Origin: an uncultured delta proteobacterium
GTDB lineage: Bacteria; Myxococcota_A; UBA9160; SZUA-336
Reading direction: 5' to 3'
DNA: 64,000 nt
NCBI GenBank assembly: GCA_963704165.1
Contig: CAVPHD010000007.1
Coordinates: forward strand, 32,001-96,000
The translations under genes and the position numbers were made by a program. Below are positions 1-9,396 of the stretch, piece after piece. A model generated the notes under the pieces. That model ran no database searches. It saw nothing but the letters and a program-made list of their open reading frames with translations, and was not told the origin of the DNA. Each line of letters begins with the position of its first letter. Position 1 is the first letter of the stretch.

Positions 1-1209
1 GCGCGACGAGTCGAGCTTCTCCGGATGGCGACGCTCATCGGGTGTCATCGAGGTGATCATCGCCTCGATCCGGCGCAGCTCCTTCGGATCGACGCTTGCG
101 CCCTCGGGCATCATCTCGCTCATCCCGGGGATCTTCGCGAGCAGGTCCTTCAGCGAGCCCATCTTCTGCAGCGTGCGAAGCTGGGTCAGGAAATCCTCGA
201 GCGTGAACTGCCCGCGCAGCATCCGCTCGGCGTCCTTCTCGGCCGTCTCGACGTCGACGACCTCCTCGAAGTCCTGCATCAGCCCGACGACGTCGCCCAT
301 GCCGAGGATGCGCTGCGCCAGGCCCTCGGCGCGGAACGCCTCGAGCTTGTCGATGGCCTCGCCCATCGTGACGAAGCGGACTGGAACGCCCGTTGCGGCG
401 CGGATCGCGAGCGCTGCGCCGCCGCGCGAGTCACCGTCGAGCTTGGTCAGGATCAGGCCGTCGAGCGGGATGCGCTCGGCGAAGCCACGCGCCACGTTCA
501 CGGCCTCGCGGCCCATCATCGCGTCACAGACGAGTGTCGTGTGCTCGGGCCGGGTTCGCGCGGCGATCTGCTCGAGCTCGACCATCAGCTCGTCGTCGAT
601 CTGAAGCCGGCCGGCGGTGTCGAGGATGACCGTGTTGAAGTGATTCGCGCGCGCATACTCGACCGCTTCGGCGCAGATCGCCGGGGCATCGTCGCCTTCG
701 CGCGTGAACACCTCGACGCCGGCCTTCTCGCCGAGAACGCGAAGCTGCTCGCGCGCGGCGGGCCGTCGGACGTCGGCGGCGACGAGCAGGGGCCGATCTC
801 CCTGCTTCTTCAGATGGCGTGCGAGCTTCGCGCAGGTGCTGGTCTTTCCGGTGCCCTGCAGCCCGAGCATCATCAGCACGCGCGTGCGTCCCCGAGCCGG
901 CTCGAACGGCTCTCCCGCGCCCATCAACGCGACGAGTTCCTCGTAACAGGCCCGCGTGAAATGGTCTCCCGGTGTCACGCGGAGCTTCTGGCCGCTCTTC
1001 CTGCCCGCCTCGAGCCGGACGATCTCGCCCCGGCACCTCTCGGTCACCTTCGCCAGGAATTCGCGCACGATGCCGAGGTCGACGTCGGCCTCGAGCAGCG
1101 ACGTGCGGACTTCGGCGAGCGCCGCGGCGATGTTCTCGTCGGAGAGTTCGGCCACGCCCCGGAAGCGGTCGCGCGCGGTCTTGAAGCCCTTGCTGAGCGT
1201 CTCGAGCAT
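1..1209 (-). CDS. ffh: Signal recognition particle protein Ffh (3' end outside window)
   Basis: Not in the ORF track. Manual translation gives MLETLSKGF...LLEADV...GLQGTGKT (G1), DTAGR (G3), TKLDG (G4). Confidence 0.95.
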   Translation of the reverse strand, partial: MLETLSKGFKTARDRFRGVAELSDENIAAALAEVRTSLLEADVDLGIVREFLAKVTERCRGEIVRLEAGRKSGQKLRVTPGDHFTRACYEELVALMGAGEPFEPARGRTRVLMMLGLQGTGKTSTCAKLARHLKKQGDRPLLVAADVRRPAAREQLRVLGEKAGVEVFTREGDDAPAICAEAVEYARANHFNTVILDTAGRLQIDDELMVELEQIAARTRPEHTTLVCDAMMGREAVNVARGFAERIPLDGLILTKLDGDSRGGAALAIRAATGVPVRFVTMGEAIDKLEAFRAEGLAQRILGMGDVVGLMQDFEEVVDVETAEKDAERMLRGQFTLEDFLTQLRTLQKMGSLKDLLAKIPGMSEMMPEGASVDPKELRRIEAMITSMTPDERRHPEKLDSSR

Positions 1210-1290
1210 CGGGCGGCAGGCTAGCAAAGACGGGGGGGACTCGGCCGCGTTTGAATTCGTGTCGGGGCCTGTGCCAGAGTACGCCGCGAC

Positions 1291-1506
1291 TTGAGCACGA
1301 ACGTCGAGGCGCACATCACGGGCACCGTCTTCAAGATCGAAGTCTCGATCGGGGCGACGGTCAGCGAAGCCGACGTGCTCGTGATTCTCGAGTCGATGAA
1401 GATGGAGCTGCCCGTCGAGGCACCCACGGGCGGCCGTGTGGCGAAGATCCTCGTCGAGGAAGGACAGAGCGTAGAAGAGGGCGACGTGCTCGTCGTTCTC
1501 GAGTAA
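1291..1506 (+). CDS. Stand-alone biotin/lipoyl-attachment carrier protein
   Basis: 71 aa with the ESMKME biotinylation motif. Confidence 0.9.
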   Translation: MSTNVEAHITGTVFKIEVSIGATVSEADVLVILESMKMELPVEAPTGGRVAKILVEEGQSVEEGDVLVVLE

Positions 1507-1517
1507 GGAGAGGCACC

Positions 1518-2387
1518 ATGGGTCTTCTGGACGGCAAGGTCGCGATCATCACCGGCGCGGGCGGTGGACTCGGGCGCTGTCACGCACTTCTGCTCGCGAA
1601 GGAGGGCGCGGCGGTCGTCGTGAACGACCTCGGCGGATCGCGCGACGGCAAGGGGGGCTCCAGCTCGATGGCCGACCAGGTCGTCAAGGAAATCCAGGCC
1701 GCGGGCGGACAGGCCGTCGCGAACTACGATTCGGTGGCGACCGTCTCGGGCGGCGAGAACATCTGCAAGACCGCGATCGACGCGTTCGGCAAGGTCGACA
1801 TCCTGGTGAACAACGCCGGCATCCTTCGCGACATGACGCTCGTCAAGACCGACGAGGCGTCCTGGGACATCGTCGTGCAGGTGCATCTGAAGGGGACGTA
1901 CTGCGTGACCCGCCCGGTCTTCACCCACATGAAGGACCGCGGCCAGGGCGGCGTGATCGTCAACACCAGCTCGACGTCGGGCCTGATCGGCAACTTCGGC
2001 CAGTGCAACTACGGCGCGGCGAAGGCGGGGATCGCGGGCTTCACGCGCTGTCTCGCGCTCGAGGGCAAGAAGTACGGCATCCGCGTGTGGGGGCTCGCGC
2101 CCGTCGCGGTCACGCGACTCACCGAGGATCTGCCGGGCATGGGCAGTGATCAGGTGAAGGAGGCACTCGGTCCGGAGAAGGTTTCTCCAGCGGTGCTCTA
2201 CATGGTGAGCGATCTGTCCAAGGACAAGACCGGCAAGTTCCTGTTCGCGGGCGGAACGAAGGTCGCCGAGATGAAGATCGTCGTCTCCGACGGCGTGAAG
2301 AACCCCAAGGGCGTGACCGCACAGGACATCGCGGCGAACGAGGACAAGGTCTTCCTCGAGGACAAGCCCTTCAACCTGATGAGCTGA
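1518..2387 (+). CDS. SDR oxidoreductase, 3-hydroxyacyl-CoA dehydrogenase (MFE-2-like)
   Basis: TGAGGGLG, VVVNDLGG, NNAGILRD, YxxxK (NYGAAKAG); AGGAG RBS before ATG 1518. Confidence 0.9.
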   Translation: MGLLDGKVAIITGAGGGLGRCHALLLAKEGAAVVVNDLGGSRDGKGGSSSMADQVVKEIQAAGGQAVANYDSVATVSGGENICKTAIDAFGKVDILVNNAGILRDMTLVKTDEASWDIVVQVHLKGTYCVTRPVFTHMKDRGQGGVIVNTSSTSGLIGNFGQCNYGAAKAGIAGFTRCLALEGKKYGIRVWGLAPVAVTRLTEDLPGMGSDQVKEALGPEKVSPAVLYMVSDLSKDKTGKFLFAGGTKVAEMKIVVSDGVKNPKGVTAQDIAANEDKVFLEDKPFNLMS

Positions 2388-2807
2388 TCAGGGACGCCGC
2401 GCGAGTTCCGCGAGAATCGCCGCACGCTCGTCGGCGACGCGGGCGAGTGGCTGCTTGCGCAGGGCCGACACCTCCGTGCCGGTGAAGTCCGTGAAGTCGC
2501 CCGGCACGTTCGCCGCGTCGAAGCGTCGCACGATCCAGCCGAGCAGCTTCGCGACGTCGTCGTCGGAGAGCGGTGCATTCGTCACGCCGGGGACGCGCAC
2601 GATGAATGCGCGACCTGCGGGCGTCGCCAGGAACTTCCCGACGACGCCGGGAAAGGGCGGCACCGCGCCGGGGATGCCGCTTCCGTCGGGCCGGTGGCAG
2701 CCCTGGCAGTGCAGCATGTAGTTCGTCTCTGGCGTCTCGGCGGCCGCGCCCGAAGCCAGAGCGGCGATTGCGACGATCGAGAGCCACGCCTTCGGGTACC
2801 GAGTCAC
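2388..2807 (-). CDS. Exported monoheme cytochrome c
   Basis: Signal peptide and CQGCH motif. Confidence 0.85.
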   Translation of the reverse strand: MTRYPKAWLSIVAIAALASGAAAETPETNYMLHCQGCHRPDGSGIPGAVPPFPGVVGKFLATPAGRAFIVRVPGVTNAPLSDDDVAKLLGWIVRRFDAANVPGDFTDFTGTEVSALRKQPLARVADERAAILAELARRP

Positions 2808-2887
2808 CGGGGAGGACTCTCTCTCGCGGTGCCCCGACGGTCAAGCGACCAGTCGCGGTTTCTCGGAAGGCCGACTACCTTCGGGCC

Positions 2888-5536
2888 GTGGCCGAGGTGA
2901 AGCTCCGTGTGATCCCGGATCCGGCCCCACCCGACGAGGTCGTGCCGACCCCGAGCGCGGCCGCCAATCCCTACACGTCGATGACGCCGCGCTTCGGGCG
3001 CACCGCGTCGCTCTTCGGCCGGCAGTTCTTCGGGCACTTCGACTTCGAGCCTCACGACGCGGAGCGGCTCGCGGATCTCGATCGGCGCGGCGCCGTCGTC
3101 TACGTGATGCGATACAGCTCGCGCCTCGACTACTTCCTCTTCAACTGGCTCTTCCTGCTGCGCGGCATCCGCCTCTCCTCGTTCGCGAACGGGATCAAGT
3201 TCTTCTACTACCGCCCCTTCGGTGAGGCGCTGCGCTTGCTCGGACAGGGTATCGTCGAGCGCGTGCGCCGCGGCGCGAGCGGAATGCGCGAGCGCAGCAT
3301 CGTTCAGATCCGGCAGTGCGTGCGCGACGGCGGCTCGGTGTTCCTGTTTCTCCGAACCGACAAGATCCGCACGCGCGTGCGCGGAAAGCGCGGCGCTCTG
3401 CGCCAGGGTCGCACCGAACTCGACTACCTGCGCGAGGTCGTCGATACGGCCTTCGCGAGCCCGGTGCCCGTTTCGCTCGTGCCTCTCGCGCTGTTCTGGC
3501 GCAAGGGCGCGCGGCCGGAGCGGCCATTCCTGAACCTCTTCTACGGCGGGAACGAGCGTCCGACCGACGCGGGAAAGGTCGTCGCGTTCCTCTGGAACTA
3601 CCGAAACCTGGCGGTGCGGGTCGGCCAGCCGATCGATCTGCGGGCCTTCGTCGATTCGAACCGCGCCTCGGGCCGCGAGCGCGTGGTGAAGCAGGTTCGC
3701 CGGTCGCTTCTGATCTTCCTGCGTCGCGAGGAGAAGCCCGTCGTCGGTGCGCCGCTGCCGAGCTTTGCGCGCGTGCAGGAGGCCGTGCTCGAGGACGGCG
3801 AAGTCCAGCGCGTGGTCGCCGAGGTCGCGGCAGCGACGCACCGCTCCAAGTCGCGGATCGAGGCGCGCGCGCAGAAGAACCTCGCCGAAATCGCCGCCTC
3901 GCCGAGCCCGACCATGCTCGCGGTCCTCGCGGTGCTCGTCGAGCGCTTGTTCAAGAGACTCTTCGCGCGCATCGACGTGCACGGGCTCGAACCTGTCGTC
4001 GAGGCCGCGAAGCTGCATCCGCTCGTGCTCGTGCCGAGCCACCGCTCGCACTTCGACTACCTGATTCTGTCCTGGCTCTTCTACCAGAACCATCTGGTGC
4101 CGCCGCAGGTCGCCGCCGGGATCAACCTCTCGTTCTGGCCGCTCGGGCCGATCTTCCGTCGCGCGGGCGCGTTCTTCCTGCGCCGCACGTTCGACGGCGA
4201 TCCGCTGTACCGCGCGGTCTTCCGCGGCTACGTCCAGCACCTGATCAAGGCGGGCGTCACGCAGGAGTTCTTCATCGAGGGCACGCGCTCGCGCACCGGC
4301 AAGACGCTGCGTCCGCGGCTCGGCATGCTTCGCATGGTGCTCGAAGCCTACGCGCGTGGTGCGCGCCGCGACGTGTACCTGGTCCCGGTCGGATTCACCT
4401 ACGAGCGTCTGGTCGAGGAGAGCTCGATCACCGGCGAACGAGGGGGCGCGCGCAAGCAGCGCGAGTCGCTGTTCTCGCTGCTCCGCGCACACACCGTACT
4501 TCGCTATCGCTACGGCAGCGTGACCGTCCGTTTCGGTGAGCCGATCTCGCTCGCGCATCACCTCGGTGACTCGGTGCCGCGGCAGACGGGCCCGGGACGG
4601 ATCCCCGACCTGCGCGCGGTGACCTCGGAGTTCGGCGTCGAGATCTCGCGCTCGATCAACGGACTGATCACCGCCGGGCGCTCCTCCATTGCCGCGGCCG
4701 CGCTGCTCAGCCAGCCGGCGAACGCGATGCGCGAGGAGGAGTTCCGCGAACGGGTGGTCGAGGTCGCGCGAATCCTCGAGCTGCTCGACGTGCCGCTCTC
4801 GGAATCCCTGCAGCGCTGCCTGGCGAGCGGTCGGCCGGAGGCCGCGCTCGAGCTTCTCGAGCAAGCCGAGCGGGTGAAGCGTGTCGCCTCGCCACGCGGA
4901 GACCTGGTCCAGATCGAATCCGGCATGCGCGCCGCACTCGACCTCTACCGCGCGTCGATCGGTCATGCGCTCGTCTGGCCGGCGGTGCTCGCGCTTGCGA
5001 TGCACGCGAAGCGCGAACGCGAGGCCGTGTTCGCCGAGGCCTCGAGCTGGCTCGACGTATTCTCCGACGAGTACTTTCCGCTCGAGGGCGACGCGCGCAG
5101 AGACCGTCTCGAGCGGGTGCTCGCCCATCTGGTCGGCCGAGGCTGGGTCGAAGCGACCTCCGCGGGCGAGCTTTCGCCGACCGCGCCCGGCTCGCCCTGG
5201 CTCGCCTTCCTGCGCGGCCAGCTCCATCCGCTGATCGAGGCCTACGCGAGCGTCGCGCGCGTGGTCGCCGAGGCGATGGGCGAGGGCGAACGCGGCGCCT
5301 GGCTCGAACGCGTGCACGCCGTCCAGAAGGAAGCCCTGCTCGTCGGCGAATTCCGGCATCCCGAGGGCGATTGCCCGATCGCCGCCGCAAACGCACTCGA
5401 GCTCTTCGTGCGCGAAGGGATCCTGGTCGCGACCCCGAAGGGCGAGCGCGGCGAAGCGAACTACGCGGCCGGCCCCGCGTTCGGCGCGCTCGAGCCCCTC
5501 AGGGCTCGCCTGGCAGCCTCGACGACGCTCCGATAG
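2888..5536 (+). CDS. plsB: Glycerol-3-phosphate O-acyltransferase (PlsB-like)
   Basis: HRSHFD (HxxxxD), GAFFLRR and [10 protein letters not shown] blocks; start estimated at GTG 2888. Confidence 0.85.
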   Translation: MAEVKLRVIPDPAPPDEVVPTPSAAANPYTSMTPRFGRTASLFGRQFFGHFDFEPHDAERLADLDRRGAVVYVMRYSSRLDYFLFNWLFLLRGIRLSSFANGIKFFYYRPFGEALRLLGQGIVERVRRGASGMRERSIVQIRQCVRDGGSVFLFLRTDKIRTRVRGKRGALRQGRTELDYLREVVDTAFASPVPVSLVPLALFWRKGARPERPFLNLFYGGNERPTDAGKVVAFLWNYRNLAVRVGQPIDLRAFVDSNRASGRERVVKQVRRSLLIFLRREEKPVVGAPLPSFARVQEAVLEDGEVQRVVAEVAAATHRSKSRIEARAQKNLAEIAASPSPTMLAVLAVLVERLFKRLFARIDVHGLEPVVEAAKLHPLVLVPSHRSHFDYLILSWLFYQNHLVPPQVAAGINLSFWPLGPIFRRAGAFFLRRTFDGDPLYRAVFRGYVQHLIKAGVTQEFFIEGTRSRTGKTLRPRLGMLRMVLEAYARGARRDVYLVPVGFTYERLVEESSITGERGGARKQRESLFSLLRAHTVLRYRYGSVTVRFGEPISLAHHLGDSVPRQTGPGRIPDLRAVTSEFGVEISRSINGLITAGRSSIAAAALLSQPANAMREEEFRERVVEVARILELLDVPLSESLQRCLASGRPEAALELLEQAERVKRVASPRGDLVQIESGMRAALDLYRASIGHALVWPAVLALAMHAKREREAVFAEASSWLDVFSDEYFPLEGDARRDRLERVLAHLVGRGWVEATSAGELSPTAPGSPWLAFLRGQLHPLIEAYASVARVVAEAMGEGERGAWLERVHAVQKEALLVGEFRHPEGDCPIAAANALELFVREGILVATPKGERGEANYAAGPAFGALEPLRARLAASTTLR

Positions 5537-5547
5537 AGTCGCGCGCC

Positions 5548-6453
5548 ATGGCGTTGGGCGTGAAGAGATCGAAGGACGGCACGCGGGTGCTGCGGTTCGG
5601 ATTCCCGAAGGGATCGCTGCAGGACATGACGGCCGCGCTCTTCACGGGCGCGGGCTACCGCATGACGTTCCCGGAGCGCTCGCTGTATCCGACGATCGAC
5701 GATGCCGAGATCGAGTGCGTGTTGATCCGAGCCCAGGAGATCGGCCGCTACGTCGGCGAAGGTGTACTCGACGCCGGCATCACCGGATTCGACTGGATCC
5801 AGGAGAGCCGTTCACGCCTCCGAGAGATCGCCGACCTGCGCTACTCGAAGACGAGCTTCCGGCCCACGCGGTGGGTGCTCGCGGTGCCCGAGGACTCGCC
5901 GATCAAGACCGCGAAGGACCTCGCGGGGAAGCGCATCGCCACCGAGGCGGTCGATCTGGTCAAGAGCTGGCTCAAGAAGAACGACGTGAAGGCGCACGTC
6001 GAGTTCTCGTGGGGCGCGACCGAGGTCAAGCCGCCCCTTCTCGCCGATGCGATCGTCGATGTGACCGAGACGGGATCGTCGCTGCGCGCGAACAAACTCC
6101 GCATCGTCGAGACGTTGCTCGAGAGCACGCCTCGCCTGATCGCGAACAAGGACGCCTACAAGGATCCGTGGAAGCGGCGCAAGGTCGATCGGCTCGCGCT
6201 GATGCTGAACGGCGCGATGAACGCCCGGGGCAAGGTCGGCCTGATGTTGAATTGTCCGAAGGACCGACTGCAGAAGATCCTGACGCTCCTGCCCGCGCTC
6301 TCGTCGCCCACCGTATCTCCGCTCGCCGACGGTCGCATGATCGCGATCAACACGATCATCGACGAAGCCCTGGCGCGTGATCTGCTTCCCGACCTCGCCG
6401 ATGCCGGCGCGACAGGACTCGTCGAGTTCCCGATCTCGAAGCTGATCTACTGA
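5548..6453 (+). CDS. hisG: ATP phosphoribosyltransferase, long form
   Basis: [26 protein letters not shown] and a C-terminal regulatory domain. Confidence 0.95.
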   Translation: MALGVKRSKDGTRVLRFGFPKGSLQDMTAALFTGAGYRMTFPERSLYPTIDDAEIECVLIRAQEIGRYVGEGVLDAGITGFDWIQESRSRLREIADLRYSKTSFRPTRWVLAVPEDSPIKTAKDLAGKRIATEAVDLVKSWLKKNDVKAHVEFSWGATEVKPPLLADAIVDVTETGSSLRANKLRIVETLLESTPRLIANKDAYKDPWKRRKVDRLALMLNGAMNARGKVGLMLNCPKDRLQKILTLLPALSSPTVSPLADGRMIAINTIIDEALARDLLPDLADAGATGLVEFPISKLIY

Positions 6454-6547
6454 TCGAGGATTTCGCGCTTCGCCGTGGATCGGATTCGATGTTGACGGCG
6501 GTGGATCCCCTCCCGGAGAATCGGATCGAAGGGACTGGAGGGCAGCG

Positions 6548-7506
6548 ATGCGTCGCCACTGGATCCTCGCGGGCTTCGCGCTCGCAGTCTCGGCTGCGCC
6601 GTTCGCCCACACCGAGCCGCCGTCCGGAAGCTATGCGATCGCCATTCCCGGCGACCCATCGATCGTCGTCCTCAACGAGATCGACGATTCGTCCTGCGAG
6701 ACCGCCGACGGCGTGACGATCTGTTTCAGCGGCGATCTGACCACCGACGGCTCCGGATCGATTCACGGGACCGGGATCCTGGGATTCTCCGGAGAGATCG
6801 ACGGAGAGCTCGCGGGGTCCTTCGCGGGCAGGCTCTCCGGCACGGCGGGCAACCCCAGACTGAGGCTCGCGATCGTGCTCGAGGGAGAGCTCTCGTCCGA
6901 AGGCGAGACGCTCGCGGTCGAGGCGACCAGCCGATCGAGGTGCGCCGTCGATCCGTTCGCCGGAGGATTCGCGTGCGCGGGCCCGATCAAGATGTGTGTC
7001 TTCGACGGCGGGCGACGGCTCGGCTGCGAATCCGAGAACGTCGAGTTCTACGTCGAGGACGACGGCGGCCCGTGGCAATTGACGCTCGACCTCGCGACCG
7101 ACGAGGCCGGCGTCGTCACCGGCACGGCCGACGTCGAGCTCTCGACCGGCCAGGTGCTCGGTCACGAGGTGACCGGCCGATACAGCTCAGTCACCGACAC
7201 CTCTTCACTACGCCTCGTCGGTGTTGGATCCGCGTCGGGCAGCAAGCTGCGGCTCGCGTCGCTCTCGCTCGCGGGCGAGGCCGCGACGGGGGGAAGCTCG
7301 ACTTCCAGATCGCCGGTCAGAAGGGCCGCATGTCCCTGCCGACGGCGGCGGTGTTCGCCGGCCACGGAACCTGTGTTCGCGGGGGCTTCTGCGATGCCGC
7401 CAGCGATACCGCGGGGCTCTTCATGTACATCGACGGCGAACCGTCGCTGCCGTCCGGCGATACCGTCTTCTTCCCGAATCTCGGCTCGGCGTCGCGAATC
7501 CGTTAG
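6548..7506 (+). CDS. Secreted Gly/Cys-rich hypothetical protein (frameshift ~7290)
   Basis: Signal peptide and GGAGGG RBS; one extra G in the G-run 7288-7293 would join ORF 6548 to the tail of ORF 6940..7506. Confidence 0.6.
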
Positions 7507-8003
7507 CGGGGCGTCATCTCCCGCAGGCCGCTCGCCTCCCACTCCTTCGAGAGCTGGGTGAGCTTCTTCGAGAACTCCGGGAAGTCGTCGTCGAAGGACA
7601 GGATGATCTCGGTCGTGCGCGGGATGTCGTCGCCCGAGAGAAGCCCGCGGTAGCGGTTCAGGTTGGCGAGGATCGCCTCGGCGACCTTGAGCGCGCGCTT
7701 CTCGGTCTTGATCAGCGGAGACTGCAGCGTGTAGACGTTGTTCCGGCCCCAGAGGCTTTCGTCGCGCACGATCGCGATCTCGCGGTAGATCCCGTGGATC
7801 GGGTCGAAGTTGTACTCGACGCGGACCTCTTTGAAGATGTCGGAGTTGCCGGTGTAGAAGCCGCGCTCCTTCTCCACCTTGCCGAGCTGTCGGCAGCGCG
7901 GGCAGTAGAACGTGTCGCCGTGGTTGAGCAGGAAGACGCCCTTCGCGTAGTCCTCGCACTCGGTGTTCTCGCAGTAGCCCACGCCACGTTTCATGCGCGC
8001 CAT
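7503..8003 (-). CDS. Hypothetical protein with N-terminal Zn-ribbon (CxxxxC...CxxC), 166 aa
   Basis: MARMKRGVGYCENTEC...FYCPRC; GGAGGG RBS; non-shadow amino-acid composition and strong codon bias. Confidence 0.85.
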   Translation of the reverse strand: MARMKRGVGYCENTECEDYAKGVFLLNHGDTFYCPRCRQLGKVEKERGFYTGNSDIFKEVRVEYNFDPIHGIYREIAIVRDESLWGRNNVYTLQSPLIKTEKRALKVAEAILANLNRYRGLLSGDDIPRTTEIILSFDDDFPEFSKKLTQLSKEWEASGLREMTPR

Positions 8004-8206
8004 CTGACTCGCCCTCCCGAGGCCCTCGGGCCCCGTCGTCTCAACGCTCTCTCTCGGGGCCAACGCCTGCGTCCAATCGGTCGCCTCCGCTTCCCGAACG
8101 GGCTTGGAAGCCGGCGACGCCGTGCGCCGCCACCATCCGAAGCTGAGAAGCCGAAGCCAGTTCAAAGCGATGCGTCCCCGCGTTTTCGATCTTCCGCCAG
8201 TCTCGT

Positions 8207-8222
8207 TCCAACTTCCGTGCCA
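8207..8222 (-). promoter_or_regulatory. Putative sigma54-type promoter (variant -12 element)
   Basis: Minus strand TGGCACGGAAGTTGGA versus consensus TGGCAC-N5-TTGC; GG replaces GC at -12. Confidence 0.4.
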
Positions 8223-8298
8223 GGCCCGGCACCGAAGTCTCGGATCACCCGGTCCACTTGGACTTTGACGCTCGAAGCTGCATCCCCGCTGCACTCCA

Positions 8299-8500
8299 AA
8301 GAGCCCAGGGCCTGATTGCGTCCCCGATGTCCGTCCTGACCGTGAAGTGGAAGGCCGCTCCCCACGAGGTCTGGCGGCGATGACGGATCTGTCGCGAGCG
8401 GCACCGGAATCGGGTGCTGGACGGACACGAGAGAGGGAAGGGGGAGCTTCGCGCTTTTACGTCTTCAGGGTTGACGCGGAGGTTGCAGGGCCTGGACCCA
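8299..8500 (-). ncRNA. Candidate ~200-nt structured non-coding RNA (possibly 6S-like)
   Basis: Nested inverted repeats 8301-8314/8486-8499, 8328-8336/8419-8427 and 8354-8360/8396-8402; G-U pairs form only on the minus strand; upstream TTGACA at 8530-8535. Confidence 0.55.
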
Positions 8501-8531
8501 CGGCGAGTTATCTATAGGACGCAGGCGTTTG

Positions 8532-8645
8532 TCAACTGGGCCGTCGCGTCCCGCGAATCCTCGCGCGCCGTGCGGCGCGCAGCCGCAGCGCGTACCCGAT
8601 GAGCACGAAAGCGGTGACCGCGTAGGCGGCGATCAGGTACGACAT
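8532..8645 (-). CDS. ccmD: Small membrane protein, CcmD-like
   Basis: MSYLIAAYAVTAFVLIGY plus a basic tail; TGATG-coupled to ccmC. Confidence 0.7.
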   Translation of the reverse strand: MSYLIAAYAVTAFVLIGYALRLRAARRARIRGTRRPS

Positions 8646-9391
8646 CAGGAGTCGCCTCGAGCACTCGCCTCGAGCTCGCGAGCCTCGAGTGCGGCCACTT
8701 CCATGCGGCGCGCGACCAGCCAGGCGAAGACGAGGTTGAAGGCGACGAGTCCCGCCCCCGCCGTCTGCCCCATTTCGACCGGCAGTCCTTCGCGTGCGGG
8801 ATTCGATGGGTGCATGGTGGCGCCCTGCGCGATGTCCACCGCGAAGTAGACGAACGGGATCGCCGCCGTTCCGATGATCCCGTAGACGGAGGTGAAGGTT
8901 TTCGCCGCGTCGCTCCCGAACGCGAGCCCGCGCAGGAACAGATAGGCGACATAGATGAACCAGAGGATGAGGGTCGAGGTCAGCCGGAGATCCCACACCC
9001 ACCAATGACCCCAGACCGGCTTCGCCCAGATCGGGCCGACGACCAGCATCAGCGAGCAGAACACCACGCCGACCTCTGCGCTCGAGAGCGCGAGCCGGTC
9101 CCAGCTCTCGCGCCGCGTTCTCAGGAAACCGGCCCCGCCGACCGCCGTGAGCACGAAGCCGAGGTAGCTCGGGATGATCGCGGGGATGTGGACGTAGAAG
9201 ATCTTCTGCACCACCCCCTGCACCTGCTCGATCGGGGCGTAGAACACCACCATCCAGAGCCAGAGCGCGAGCGTCACGAGCGATGCCGCTCCGACGGCGC
9301 GCGCGCTGCCGATGCGTGCCTCGACGTCGAGCGAGAGCCAGACGATCCAGGCCGACGCCAACACGATCGAGAGCGCAACGAGCGCCGTCAC
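8645..9391 (-). CDS. ccmC: Heme exporter CcmC
   Basis: KIFYVH and WAKPVWGHWWVWDLRLT (WWD motif). Confidence 0.92.
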   Translation of the reverse strand: MTALVALSIVLASAWIVWLSLDVEARIGSARAVGAASLVTLALWLWMVVFYAPIEQVQGVVQKIFYVHIPAIIPSYLGFVLTAVGGAGFLRTRRESWDRLALSSAEVGVVFCSLMLVVGPIWAKPVWGHWWVWDLRLTSTLILWFIYVAYLFLRGLAFGSDAAKTFTSVYGIIGTAAIPFVYFAVDIAQGATMHPSNPAREGLPVEMGQTAGAGLVAFNLVFAWLVARRMEVAALEARELEASARGDS

Positions 9392-9396
9392 CAATC

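Noticed and set aside
25..1224. 399-aa plus-strand ORF
   Set aside because: Antisense shadow of ffh, which the ORF track misses because it runs off the window edge.
2804..5359. Long antisense or alternate-frame ORFs (also 19692-22151, 26100-27986, 28124-30445, 52518-54284, 58021-59892)
   Set aside because: Arg/Ala/Pro-rich shadows expected in high-GC DNA; they overlap well-supported genes and carry no motifs.
8160..8330. GGGACGCA as part of a c-di-GMP-I riboswitch
   Set aside because: The upstream GGCAAAC..GAAA stem and downstream AAAGC context are missing.
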